The notes under the pieces were generated by a model. That model had not been told where the DNA came from. It worked only from the letters and a program-made list of their open reading frames with translations, and searched no databases. The translations under genes and the position numbers were made by a program. Source: Candidatus Pacearchaeota archaeon (GTDB lineage Archaea; Nanobdellota; Nanobdellia; Pacearchaeales; JAPDKA01). Taken from it: DNA of 51,279 nucleotides. Positions within the stretch are counted from its first letter, which is position 1; the number at the start of each line of letters is the position of its first letter. The stretch covers positions 1 through 51,279 of the forward strand of contig JAWAZI010000006.1 of the NCBI GenBank assembly GCA_038817835.1. Direction: 5' to 3'. Shown here piece by piece: positions 9,924-19,822 of this stretch.

Positions 9924-11600
9924 TTATAACTTTTTAAATATAATTAATAAAATCAAAAATAAAACTAAAAAAACTAAAAAATAAATAATTTTCTCTGAAT
10001 TTTTTATTGTTTTACTTTCATATATAATTTTTTTAACTTTTATTTCTTTAACTTCTTCCTTCTTATTAATAAAAACATTAAAATCAAATTCATTTAATTG
10101 GCCATCTTCTTGAAGAACATTTATCTTTAATTTTGAATAACCATAAAAATTTTTTATTATTTTATCGTATAAATTTAATTCGACAATTTCATTTTGATTA
10201 ATAAATACTTTAACATAATTTTCATCTTTGCTATTTTCACAAGAAATACATTCATCATTAGAATAAACATAACTCCAAAGATAGAAATTTTTATCTTTAT
10301 CTTTATTTTTTATTTTTACTTTTAAAATTACATCATCATAAATATAATTATTAAAATAAAAATATATATCAAAATTTGAAAAATTAAGCCATTTTTCTTC
10401 TTCTTTTTCTTCTTCATTTTCTTCTTTATTTTCTTCTTTATAATATTTTGGTTCTTCCTCACTTTTATATTTATCTTTAACAAATATTTCTTTTTTATCA
10501 ACTTTATCAAGTCCTTCAGCAATCAAAATATAATTTTTACTGCTGTTTATTTCGTTAATTTTAATCGGTAATGTAAAAAAATATTCTTTAAATTTTTCAT
10601 TTGCATAAAAAATTGTTTTCTCACTTATTTCTTTATTATTTTCTTCATCATAAATATAAACATAAACTGCATATTTCCTAGTATTACCTCTATAAACTTT
10701 TAATTTTACTTTTATTATATCTTCTTCTTCGCAATTTTCTGGATAATCTAAAATTTCTAAATAGCTAATATTTGATATATTTTCATTAGTTTCTTCTTTT
10801 ATAGAAAAATTAACAATATTAACAGGAAAAAAATAATTAACTATATTTTTTATTTTTATTTCTGCAATAGCCAAACCATTATAATTGCTGTTTATTCTCA
10901 AAATAAATGTTTTATTTGATAAATTTACCGAATAAATATAATAGTATGTTGATCTCCAAGAATTATTATAATATATTTGGCTTAATCTTTCATTGCTATC
11001 ATTTGTAATTATATCAATTTTTACATCATAAAGTTTAGTTTTATCTTTTGCATCTATAAGAACAACAAATTCTTTATTTTTATTTAAAATATTTTTTGGT
11101 ATTTCTACAGAAAAATTTTCTTCTTGCTCGCAATAATTTTCTTCTCCTGGAGTTATCTTACATTCTTGCCATTTCAAATTAATTAATTGTAAAGAATTTC
11201 CTTTATCAACACTTTTATTATAACAAACAAAATCAACTAATAAATTTGAATAATAAAGAAAAATACAATCACCATCATTATTTAAACCATTTCCAATTCT
11301 TGTACCATTAACTACATAAATAGTAGCATTAACATTTAAATAATTACTTTTATTTGTAGTAATCAAAAAATAATTTGAGTTAACAAACTTATATAAAGTA
11401 AGATTATTACATTTAACAAGATCACAAATTAAAAAATTGGATAAATTAAAATTTTCATAAGCATAAAGCTCTATATATTCATCTTCATAAGTTTGATTTA
11501 TTGGATTAAAATTTATTTCATTTATATTTAAAGCAAAAGAATTTCTTAAATAGAGAAAAATAAATAAAAATATAAATAAAAATTTAATCCCAAACACCAT
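9924..11600 (-). CDS. Lamin-tail-domain surface protein (start revised to ATG at 11600)
   Basis: Signal peptide then INEINFNP..DEYIELY..LNNDGD..TPGEEN, the LTD signature; C-terminal TM helix. Confidence 0.7.
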   Translation of the reverse strand: MVFGIKFLFIFLFIFLYLRNSFALNINEINFNPINQTYEDEYIELYAYENFNLSNFLICDLVKCNNLTLYKFVNSNYFLITTNKSNYLNVNATIYVVNGTRIGNGLNNDGDCIFLYYSNLLVDFVCYNKSVDKGNSLQLINLKWQECKITPGEENYCEQEENFSVEIPKNILNKNKEFVVLIDAKDKTKLYDVKIDIITNDSNERLSQIYYNNSWRSTYYYIYSVNLSNKTFILRINSNYNGLAIAEIKIKNIVNYFFPVNIVNFSIKEETNENISNISYLEILDYPENCEEEDIIKVKLKVYRGNTRKYAVYVYIYDEENNKEISEKTIFYANEKFKEYFFTLPIKINEINSSKNYILIAEGLDKVDKKEIFVKDKYKSEEEPKYYKEENKEENEEEKEEEKWLNFSNFDIYFYFNNYIYDDVILKVKIKNKDKDKNFYLWSYVYSNDECISCENSKDENYVKVFINQNEIVELNLYDKIIKNFYGYSKLKINVLQEDGQLNEFDFNVFINKKEEVKEIKVKKIIYESKTIKNSEKIIYFLVFLVLFLILLIIFKKL

Positions 11601-12594
11601 AAATTTTTGTTTTGCAATTGAAGCATTTTCCATTTTTAATATTATTCTCAACTACATTAAAACCTATTCTTTTAATCAATAAAGATTTACATTTATGACA
11701 ATAAGTTGAATTTGTCTCTAAATTTAAAATATTTCCTGCATAAACATAATATAAACCTTTATCAATTGCTTTTTTTCTAGCTTTTATCAATATATTTTCA
11801 GGAGTTGGTGAAAGATTTAAAAGTTTATAAGCTGGAAAAAATGCGGTAAAATGAAGTGGTACAAATTTACCTAATTTATAAACAAAATCTATAATTTTGT
11901 CTATATCCTCTTCTTTATCATTTAATGTTGGTATAACCAAATTTGTTATTTCTGTCCATATATTATTTCTAACTAAAAATTTTATTGTTTCCAAAACAGG
12001 CTCCAATTTTCCATTACAAATTTTTTTATAAAATTCTTCTTTCATAGCTTTCAAATCAATATTTGCTGCATGAATATAATTAATTAATTTTTTTAGTGGT
12101 TTTATATTAATATAACCATTACTAACAATAACGTTCTTAATTTTTTTCTTCTTCGCAATTTTTGATATATCTAGCATATACTCATAAAATATTGTTGGTT
12201 CTGTGTAAGTGTAACTTATAATTTTTATATTTCTGTTCTCTGCTTCTTCTACAATTTTTTCAGGTTCAATAAAGGATATTTCTGATATATCTGCATTTGA
12301 AAATTCGTGACTAATTTCATAATTTTGACAATGAAGACAAAATAAATTACAACCGAATGTTGCTATACTTAATGTTTTATTTCCTGGAAAAAAATGATAT
12401 AATGGTTTTTTCTCTATTGGATCAATAGCTATGCTACATGGTTTTCCATAAACCAAACTAAATAATTTCCCATTAAAATTTTTTCTAACTCTACATTTCC
12501 CAGTTTTTCCATCAGCTATTATACAAAAATTAGGACATAACTCACATTTAACAATTTTATTTTTCAATTTTTTATAAAATAATGCCTCTTTCAT
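11584..12594 (-). CDS. amrS: AmmeMemoRadiSam system radical SAM enzyme (PFL-activase-like)
   Basis: N-terminal CELCPNFC..GKCRVR, DPIEKKPLYHF, CxxxCxxC (CNLFCLHC), YTYTEP, NIDLK. Confidence 0.88.
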   Translation of the reverse strand: MKEALFYKKLKNKIVKCELCPNFCIIADGKTGKCRVRKNFNGKLFSLVYGKPCSIAIDPIEKKPLYHFFPGNKTLSIATFGCNLFCLHCQNYEISHEFSNADISEISFIEPEKIVEEAENRNIKIISYTYTEPTIFYEYMLDISKIAKKKKIKNVIVSNGYINIKPLKKLINYIHAANIDLKAMKEEFYKKICNGKLEPVLETIKFLVRNNIWTEITNLVIPTLNDKEEDIDKIIDFVYKLGKFVPLHFTAFFPAYKLLNLSPTPENILIKARKKAIDKGLYYVYAGNILNLETNSTYCHKCKSLLIKRIGFNVVENNIKNGKCFNCKTKIYGVWD

Positions 12595-12944
12595 TCTATT
12601 TTTTTACCTTTATTTATATCACATATAAAAAAATTTCCTGAATTTTCTAAATTTTTTATCTCAAAAATATACCATCCCTTTCTATAAAAATTTACTATTA
12701 TTAGTGGCTTTGCACCAAATTTTTCAGAAAATTCTATAAGTTGATCAATTTTTCTTTTATCAACATATATTTTATTTTTTTTTCCAGATTTTACTTCTAT
12801 AGCTAATTTTTTCTTTTTATTTCCAGCAACAAGATCACATGCTGGCATAGTTGTAGAACCACTTCCAGCAACTCTTACAACAGAAAAACCTTTCTTCCAT
12901 AATAAATGAAATAATTCCCACTCTTTTTTATATCCTTTTCTCAT
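12591..12944 (-). CDS. hjc: Holliday junction resolvase
   Basis: G..EWEL...L..KGFSVVRVAGSG, CDLVAG, IEVKS. Confidence 0.9.
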   Translation of the reverse strand: MRKGYKKEWELFHLLWKKGFSVVRVAGSGSTTMPACDLVAGNKKKKLAIEVKSGKKNKIYVDKRKIDQLIEFSEKFGAKPLIIVNFYRKGWYIFEIKNLENSGNFFICDINKGKKIE

Positions 12945-13221
12945 TTGTTATATTTTTTAAGCAATCTTCATAATCTTTAGTTTTTTGCCATTGGCATCTA
13001 AAATTTATACATTTACATTTAGAAAATTTTAAACATCCATACTCTGGTTTCCATAAACATATGCTATATAATGGTTTATTTGCACATATTTCTCCATTAC
13101 AACCTGAAATAATACAATCAGAATCTTTAACACAAAAATTTTCATCCCTAATACAACCAAAGAATAATATAATAACAAATAATAAAATAAATAATAAAAT
13201 AAACAAAATAATTTTTCTCAT
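12928..13221 (-). CDS. Small Cys-cluster (eight-cysteine-cluster-like) lipoprotein
   Basis: Hydrophobic N-terminus ending FFGC; C..DSDC..GCNGEIC..C.W...C....C.C....C pattern. Confidence 0.7.
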   Translation of the reverse strand: MRKIILFILLFILLFVIILFFGCIRDENFCVKDSDCIISGCNGEICANKPLYSICLWKPEYGCLKFSKCKCINFRCQWQKTKDYEDCLKNITNEKRI

Positions 13222-13254
13222 AAATTTTATTATCTAAATTTTTTATAAAATTTT

Positions 13255-13428
13255 TTATAGATCATAAGCCATTATTGTTGTTCTATGATTTGCTCTTGCC
13301 CTTTCTGCTGCTTTTTTTATAATTTCCTCAACAATTTTATTTAAAGCCATTGCAAAATCGCTAGCTATTCTCATCCCCTCTGGCAATACTTTTTTTATAT
13401 TACTTTTAACTATCAATTCTCCTGCCAT
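13255..13428 (-). CDS. Histone-fold protein, 57 aa (missed by ORF track)
   Basis: Translates to MAGELIVKSNIKKVLPEGMRIASDFAMALNKIVEEIIKKAAERARANHRTTIMAYDL; long alpha2 helix and RxTxxxxD motif. Confidence 0.9.
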   Translation of the reverse strand: MAGELIVKSNIKKVLPEGMRIASDFAMALNKIVEEIIKKAAERARANHRTTIMAYDL

Positions 13429-13472
13429 AAAATATTAAAAAATAAAAATTTTAAAAAATTATTATTAAAAAA

Positions 13473-14204
13473 ATGAAAAAAGGTCAACTTACAATTTTTA
13501 TTATAATTGCTATAATATTAATCTCTATAATTTTTATAATTTTTTATATAAGAAAAGAACAATCTAGTAAATTAGAAAAAGAAATAAATTTGATTAATAA
13601 TTATATTAACTTTTGTCTTGAGAAAAAAAGTGAAAATATAATAATAGAAATAGCAAAAAATGGTGGTTATTATAAATTTGAAAAAAATTATATAAATTTT
13701 TTAAATGAGAATGGTGTATTTTATTTAAAAGAAAATAATTCTTATGTTCCAAATAAAACATTTGTAGAAAATCAAATAAATTTATGGTTAAATGACGAAT
13801 TTGATGAATGTTTAAAAATTGAGAATAAAAATATAATAAAAAAATATTGTAACATAAAAACAGAACTGAATAATATAACAAAAATTAACTTCGATTGTGA
13901 TATAAATTTTTTTATAAATGAAAAAATCTATAGATTAAAAAAATTTGAAGTAAATTTGAACATAAGTTTAATTCCTTTTATAAATGCTAGTAAAGAAATT
14001 GTAGATATTTATAATAATACTATACCTGGTTATATATGTATTGAATGCTTAAATGAAATAGGAGAAAAGTATAATTTAAATATAACAGTTATACCAATAA
14101 CAAAAGAAATTTATGAATTAGAACATGTTTGGTTTTTATTAAACTCTAGTCAAAAAATAAATAATAAATTTTTAATATGGAGGTTTGTTACAGAAATAAA
14201 ATGA
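13473..14204 (+). CDS. Class III (pilin-like) signal peptide protein
   Basis: MKKGQ-LTIFIIIAIILISII; FCL...IAKNGGYY; paralog-like to 412..1236. Confidence 0.7.
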   Translation: MKKGQLTIFIIIAIILISIIFIIFYIRKEQSSKLEKEINLINNYINFCLEKKSENIIIEIAKNGGYYKFEKNYINFLNENGVFYLKENNSYVPNKTFVENQINLWLNDEFDECLKIENKNIIKKYCNIKTELNNITKINFDCDINFFINEKIYRLKKFEVNLNISLIPFINASKEIVDIYNNTIPGYICIECLNEIGEKYNLNITVIPITKEIYELEHVWFLLNSSQKINNKFLIWRFVTEIK

Positions 14205-15370
14205 AAAAAATAATATTAATTTTTTTATTTATTATTTTAAATTTTTTATTTGTAATAAGCCTTTCTAGCGCAAAGGATTTTAAATTTTATATTTGTAATA
14301 AAAGACTTTGTGGAAGTTTTGAAACAGATTGTGTATCTGCACATAACATATGCACTTCAATAGCTGCAATTTGTGCTGAAAAATCAATTTCTAATTGTAT
14401 ATGTAATATAAATAATTTAGATATAGGAAAATGTGAAGTAGTATTTATAGACTCAAAGATAAATCCAAATTATATTCTTAAATCAGATATATATCCACCA
14501 TTAAATTTAGAAAATCTAGCCAAATTTATGGAAATTAATAATGAAATTTTTGATTTTTATAGAGATATATTCAATGATATAGATGATATTAATATAATAA
14601 TTAATGAAAAAAAAGAAATTAAATATATTAAAATCGAAGGAAAGAATGTAAACTATCATAAATTAAAAATATTGAATCAATTTACTCCTTTTTATATATC
14701 TACAAAATATAGCAAATTAATTAGCAATAAATATGAAATTTTACTTATAGTTAAAAATGGTGGTGAAGTAAATTTTTCTGATGATTTTTCGAATCTAAAA
14801 ATAAAAAATATTGGTTATAGTAATATAAATATAACATTAAAAGGATATTGTGAATTTATAGCAATTGGAAAAAATAAAGATTATGGCTTCTGTATAGAAG
14901 TTCCAAAAGAAAAAGGAATGATAAATTATAATTATGTATCATATCCTATTGATATAAATTGTTCTTTTAGTGAAATTGATAAAGCTTTATTATCTAGTAA
15001 TGGAGAAGGACTTGATCTATTCATTTATACTAGAGGGGATATTAATATAGATTGCTTAAGAAAAAGAAAAGTTAAATGTAGGTGTAGTAGCATATTATCT
15101 TTCTTAGATAAAATTTTTAATTTGGGTATTTGCTTAAATAGAATAAATTTATACACATTAGAAGTAGGCTACTTTGATACTAATAGTAAAAAATTTGTAG
15201 AAGTAATTAAAAATAAAGATAACAAATTTTATATATGCATGAAATGTATGCCTTTTGGTGGAGAATATGAAATAGAAGATCTAAATATAATACCTGAAAA
15301 AAATAGCGTTATAGAAAAAAATGTAAAAATTTTATATCCAAACAAAAAAGAAGATATTAAATTAAGTTAA
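14201..15370 (+). CDS. Secreted Cys-rich hypothetical protein (start revised to 14201)
   Basis: ATGA overlap with the upstream stop; MKKIILIFLFII...SSA signal peptide. Confidence 0.65.
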   Translation: MKKIILIFLFIILNFLFVISLSSAKDFKFYICNKRLCGSFETDCVSAHNICTSIAAICAEKSISNCICNINNLDIGKCEVVFIDSKINPNYILKSDIYPPLNLENLAKFMEINNEIFDFYRDIFNDIDDINIIINEKKEIKYIKIEGKNVNYHKLKILNQFTPFYISTKYSKLISNKYEILLIVKNGGEVNFSDDFSNLKIKNIGYSNINITLKGYCEFIAIGKNKDYGFCIEVPKEKGMINYNYVSYPIDINCSFSEIDKALLSSNGEGLDLFIYTRGDINIDCLRKRKVKCRCSSILSFLDKIFNLGICLNRINLYTLEVGYFDTNSKKFVEVIKNKDNKFYICMKCMPFGGEYEIEDLNIIPEKNSVIEKNVKILYPNKKEDIKLS

Positions 15371-15371
15371 A

Positions 15372-16004
15372 TTATTCTTCAAAACTTTTATTTAATTTTT
15401 CTTTATAATATAAAAATTTTTGTTTATATTCTACTTTTTTTAATGAATCTTTTTCTGTTTGAAATAAATATTCGTATGCAGCTTTTTTATAAGCCAAAAT
15501 AGGATCTCCAATCAAACTTATTGCTCCTTTCTTTTTTTTAAATTCTAATTTATCTATCATATCTATATATTTTTCATCTCTAGTTTCTATAATTTTTTTA
15601 AAAATTAATTCTTTTGCTATTTCAAAATTTTTTTCTTTAAGTGATATAGCCAAAATTATATCATCTAAATTATTTAATTTTTTACTTAAACTTAAAACTT
15701 TTGAAAGTTCTTTCAATTTTAATATATCATCATAATAATTCTCAATTAAATAATTAGGAGCATCCTTTAACTTATTATATAAAGATTCTCTTTCTCTATC
15801 AACCAAATTAATTAAATTTTTATCTTTCAAAATATCTTTCATTTCTTCATACTTAACAAAAAGAAAATAATTACGTTGAGCTTCATTTATAAGTTCATGT
15901 ACTTTTGCTAATTTTTCTCTTTTATTTTTATAATCTAAAAATTTATATGCACAAATAAAAGAAACAAAAAGTAAAAATAAATTTATAATTTGTTTTATTT
16001 TCAT
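15372..16004 (-). CDS. Hypothetical helical protein with N-terminal membrane anchor
   Basis: 210-aa ORF with hydrophobic N-terminus. Confidence 0.6.
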   Translation of the reverse strand: MKIKQIINLFLLFVSFICAYKFLDYKNKREKLAKVHELINEAQRNYFLFVKYEEMKDILKDKNLINLVDRERESLYNKLKDAPNYLIENYYDDILKLKELSKVLSLSKKLNNLDDIILAISLKEKNFEIAKELIFKKIIETRDEKYIDMIDKLEFKKKKGAISLIGDPILAYKKAAYEYLFQTEKDSLKKVEYKQKFLYYKEKLNKSFEE

Positions 16005-16061
16005 AAAATTATAAATATATTTTAAATTTATAAATTTTTTGCTACTATAAAATGAAAAAAA

Positions 16062-17531
16062 TTAATATTTTTTTCTTAAGTGTGGAAAAAGAATTACTTC
16101 TTTAATAGAATCTTTCTCAGTAAAAATCATAACAAGCCTATCAATACCAATACCAACTCCTCCACAAGGAGGCATACCATATTCCATTGCCTCAACAAAA
16201 TCATAATCAACTGGCCAAATCTCATCTTCTTTAATTCCTTTTTTTCTTGCTTCTTCTTGTTTCTTAAATCTTTCTGCTTGATCTATTGGATCATTAAGCT
16301 CACTATAAGAATTTGCTATTTCAGTGCCTCCTATAAATAGCTCCCATCTCTCAACATAATTTTCCTTAGTTCTATGTTTTTTAGTTAATGGACTTATATC
16401 TATAGGATAATCAAATATAAATGTTGGATTTATTAAATTAGGTTGTATAAGTTCTTTAAATAAAGCATCTATCAGCATACCTCTTGTTAAATTTTCTGAA
16501 ATTTCAATATTATAATTTTCACAAATTTTTCTTAATTCTTCATCACTCAATTTATCTATATCAAGATTTGCATATTTCTTGAAAGCTTTTTGCATTGTTA
16601 ATTTTTTCCATTTTGTTAAATCAATTTCTTTTCCTCTCCATTTAACTTTTTTTATTTTTAGTTTTTTCATTATATATTTTATCATTTTTTTAGTTAGTTC
16701 TGCCATATAGTTATAATCTCTATAAGCTTCATAAAATTCGATCATTGTAAATTCTGGATAATGAGTTGAATCTATACCTTCATTCCTAAAATTCTTCGCA
16801 ATCTCATAAACTTTCTCAAAATTTCCAATAATCAATCTTTTTAAATATAATTCAGGACTTATTCTTAAGAAAAAATTTTGCTTTAATTCATGAAAAAATG
16901 TTGTGAATGGTCTTGCAGCAGCTCCACCATGAAATTCTTGAATTATTGGAGTATCAACTTCGATATAGCCATGAGCATTTAAAAATTTTCTAATCAAATT
17001 TATTATTTCTGTTCTAATAATAAAAACTTTCTTTATTTGAGGATTAGAAATTAAATCTAAATACCTTTTTCTATATCTTTCTTCTACATCTTTTAAACCA
17101 TGCCATTTTTCTGGTAGAGGAATTATTGCTTTTGAAAGAATTTCTAAATATTTTGCCATAATACTAATCTCTCCTCTTTTTGTTCTATATGGAACTCCTT
17201 CAATACCTATAAAATCACCAATATCTACATATTTCACAAAAAAATCTAGAAAATCTTTGCTGTAATTTTTCTCAAATACTATTTGCAATTTTCCTTTATC
17301 ATCTAAAATATGACAAAATGCTATACTTCCTAATTCTCTTTTTGAAATAACTCTACCAGCAACTCTTAAATTATCTTTTCCTAACTCATTTTCTTTTAAG
17401 TTTTTATATTTTTCTAAATCTATACTATATGCATTTCTATCAAAAGAATAAGGATAAGGATTAATTCCTTTATTTCTTAACTCTTCAATTTTTTTTAATC
17501 TCTCTTTTTTTATTTCATCAAGCCTAGCCAT
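16062..17531 (-). CDS. lysS: Lysine--tRNA ligase, class II
   Basis: OB-fold N-domain; HGGAAARPF, LRISPELYLKRL, FRNEGID..HYPEFTMIEFY, GMPPCGGVGIGIDRL. Confidence 0.96.
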   Translation of the reverse strand: MARLDEIKKERLKKIEELRNKGINPYPYSFDRNAYSIDLEKYKNLKENELGKDNLRVAGRVISKRELGSIAFCHILDDKGKLQIVFEKNYSKDFLDFFVKYVDIGDFIGIEGVPYRTKRGEISIMAKYLEILSKAIIPLPEKWHGLKDVEERYRKRYLDLISNPQIKKVFIIRTEIINLIRKFLNAHGYIEVDTPIIQEFHGGAAARPFTTFFHELKQNFFLRISPELYLKRLIIGNFEKVYEIAKNFRNEGIDSTHYPEFTMIEFYEAYRDYNYMAELTKKMIKYIMKKLKIKKVKWRGKEIDLTKWKKLTMQKAFKKYANLDIDKLSDEELRKICENYNIEISENLTRGMLIDALFKELIQPNLINPTFIFDYPIDISPLTKKHRTKENYVERWELFIGGTEIANSYSELNDPIDQAERFKKQEEARKKGIKEDEIWPVDYDFVEAMEYGMPPCGGVGIGIDRLVMIFTEKDSIKEVILFPHLRKKY

Positions 17532-17564
17532 AAAAGAAATTATTTTTTAAAATTAAAAATATTT

Positions 17565-18134
17565 CTAAATACCTCTCCTATCTAACTCGTTATGGAGTAT
17601 AGCTATTGCTTGACTAGCAAAATATGTAACATTTCCTAATGATATTGCTATAGAAATTTTTTTAATTCTCTTTTTTTCTTTTTTTGGTAATCCCTTATGA
17701 TCTCCTAAAACAAAAATTCCATCTTTCTCTATATCAACTTTTCTTATGTCTATACCATTTTCATCAAGTAAATAAATTTTTCTACCTTCAGAGAATTTTT
17801 CTTCTAAGAATTCTATTAAACTTTTTTTCTCTATCCAACAATCATGCAAAGCTTCAACTCGCTTTCCTTGTTTATATTTAAAAAGCATTATTTTTATTAT
17901 TTTACTAATATCCTTTTTGCTTAAAGGAGCTTTACTTCCTATCTCTAAATGCTTTGGAGGGTCAGGAGGACCATAAAAAAATAAATGCAACTTTACATCT
18001 TGTCTTCTTGCATTACTAATAAAAAAACTCATTATAATAGCATGACAAGCTATATCAAGCCTTCCTGCTTTCATTAAATCTTTGAAATTGCCAGTAGTCC
18101 ATGCTTTTCTGCTAAAATAAACTATTTCTCGCAT
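17565..18134 (-). CDS. trmY: tRNA (pseudouridine54-N1)-methyltransferase, SPOUT family
   Basis: AGRLDIAC, GPPDPP, FVLGDHKGL, ISLG, HNELDRR. Confidence 0.85.
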   Translation of the reverse strand: MREIVYFSRKAWTTGNFKDLMKAGRLDIACHAIIMSFFISNARRQDVKLHLFFYGPPDPPKHLEIGSKAPLSKKDISKIIKIMLFKYKQGKRVEALHDCWIEKKSLIEFLEEKFSEGRKIYLLDENGIDIRKVDIEKDGIFVLGDHKGLPKKEKKRIKKISIAISLGNVTYFASQAIAILHNELDRRGI

Positions 18135-18205
18135 TTTTTTAAATTATAATTTAGTTATAAATTTTTTAATTGATAAACTTTTCAATATTTAATTTTAAAA
18201 ATTAT

Positions 18206-19612
18206 TCAATACTTTTTCTTACGAATAATATAAAGAATTATTGTCACAATTATTATAATTAAGATTATAATCAAAATTATCCATGGCCATATAAGCTTTG
18301 GCTTTGGTTTTTCTGCTTGTTGTTCACTCTCTATGCTAGGCTGTTCCTCTCTTTCTTTTAATTCTCTTAATAGCAAGAACGCTTTACCATTTTCAATCTT
18401 TTCTAGCAAAATTTCAAGCTCAGCAAGATTATTGCCATCCAAATCAATTTGCTCTGCTTGGCCCATAACTAAATCTATTCTTATAGGACTGCTCCAGATA
18501 AACAAGATTGCTCTATTTGATTTTATTTCACCTATCTGTCCTATATGCTCTTGCCCTTTAACCCTAAACCTAAAAACATAGCCAGTAGTTCCTCCACATT
18601 CTTTGCCTTCTCCAATATCCCCTAAATCCTCGCTCACATTTTCAGGCGGCTCACTAGGAGCAGCACAATCTTGTGAACAATTCAAGTAACTCTCATTCAA
18701 ATTGCATATTCCATCTCCACAAACAGAAGGCATTCCTCCGCCACCACCACTACCAGCTCCACCTCCGCCAGCTCCTCCACCACCGCCTCCAGCTCCGCCA
18801 CCACCTCCTGCACCACCACCGCCGCCGCTTGTAGAGTAGAATGTCAAAGGCAAATAATCGACATTATCTGAGTCCAGAGTATAGCTTGAATCACAAATTC
18901 CATCTCCATCGTTATCAGTGCAAGTTTCACTAAATCCTGTTCCATCAGGCTTTGCCCAAAAATTTCCGCCAAGATAAGGCCCACCAACTATGTTTGTTCC
19001 AGGCGTCTTTGTTGTATTCCAGTTATTTATATTTGTTCCCTCAAAATAAAAGTTATTTGTGTTGTTAAAGAAGTTATTATAAATGTTATTGTTTGATGAA
19101 GAATCTAAACGAATTCCATATAGAGTATTTGAACTAACAATGTTATCTGTCAAATTATTGTTTAATGAAGAAAATAAAAAAATTCCATAATAATTATTTG
19201 AGCTTGCAGTGTTGTTTGCTAGGATGTTGTTTGATGAAGATCTTAAATAAATTCCATAATAAAAGTCAGTAATTACACAATTTTTTATTGTGTTGTTTTG
19301 CTTGCCATATAAGTAAATTCCATAGTCTGTGCCAGAATCATCTCCATCAATGTTATAGCCTTGGCAATCAAAAACTTTGTTGCTGAAGTTTATTGGATTA
19401 TTAATACAAGTGCCAACAAAATCTGTTATGTTTGCTGTTAGCAGAACTTCCGTGCAGCTCGCATTATTTAATGCATTCGTGCAAGCCGTACAGTTATTAC
19501 ACTCGCATATCTCAGCATATATTAATGAGCTTGTAAAAACAAAAAGGATTATAATAGCTAATAAAAATAAAAAAAATTTAGTTTTAACCTCTTTTTTCAT
19601 AGCTTTTTTCAT
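18206..19612 (-). CDS. Cell-surface beta-helix (NosD/PbH1-type) protein with Gly-rich linker and C-terminal TM
   Basis: YGIYL..SSNN repeats, GGPYLGGNFWAKPDGTG..DYLPL, long GGGA linker, CGDGIC..C..DC, TM plus RKKY. Confidence 0.8.
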   Translation of the reverse strand: MKKAMKKEVKTKFFLFLLAIIILFVFTSSLIYAEICECNNCTACTNALNNASCTEVLLTANITDFVGTCINNPINFSNKVFDCQGYNIDGDDSGTDYGIYLYGKQNNTIKNCVITDFYYGIYLRSSSNNILANNTASSNNYYGIFLFSSLNNNLTDNIVSSNTLYGIRLDSSSNNNIYNNFFNNTNNFYFEGTNINNWNTTKTPGTNIVGGPYLGGNFWAKPDGTGFSETCTDNDGDGICDSSYTLDSDNVDYLPLTFYSTSGGGGGAGGGGGAGGGGGGAGGGGAGSGGGGGMPSVCGDGICNLNESYLNCSQDCAAPSEPPENVSEDLGDIGEGKECGGTTGYVFRFRVKGQEHIGQIGEIKSNRAILFIWSSPIRIDLVMGQAEQIDLDGNNLAELEILLEKIENGKAFLLLRELKEREEQPSIESEQQAEKPKPKLIWPWIILIIILIIIIVTIILYIIRKKKY

Positions 19613-19718
19613 AATTTTATTTATTTTTAATTTTGATATATTTTGTTAATATTTTATTTAAAATTTTTAAATTTTTTGAATAGATAAACTTAAAAAAATA
19701 TAAAGCTTTAATCTTAAT

Positions 19719-19801
19719 GCCGGGGTCGCCTAAGTGGTATGGCGCCAGCCTGCTAAGCTGGTGGGCGTATGCCCGTGCGGGTTCGAGTCCCGCCCCCGGC
19801 G
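19719..19801 (+). tRNA. tRNA-Ser(GCT)
   Basis: Acceptor GCCGGGG/CCCCGGC, anticodon stem CCAGC/GCTGG with GCT at 19752-19754, long variable arm, GTTCGAGTC T-loop, G discriminator, no intron, CCA not encoded. Confidence 0.96.
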
Positions 19802-19822
19802 TTGAAAAATGAGAATTAAAAA

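Noticed and set aside
18735-18830. Very GC-rich stretch as a possible RNA gene
   Set aside because: Explained by the poly-Gly/Ala linker codons of the surface protein on the minus strand.
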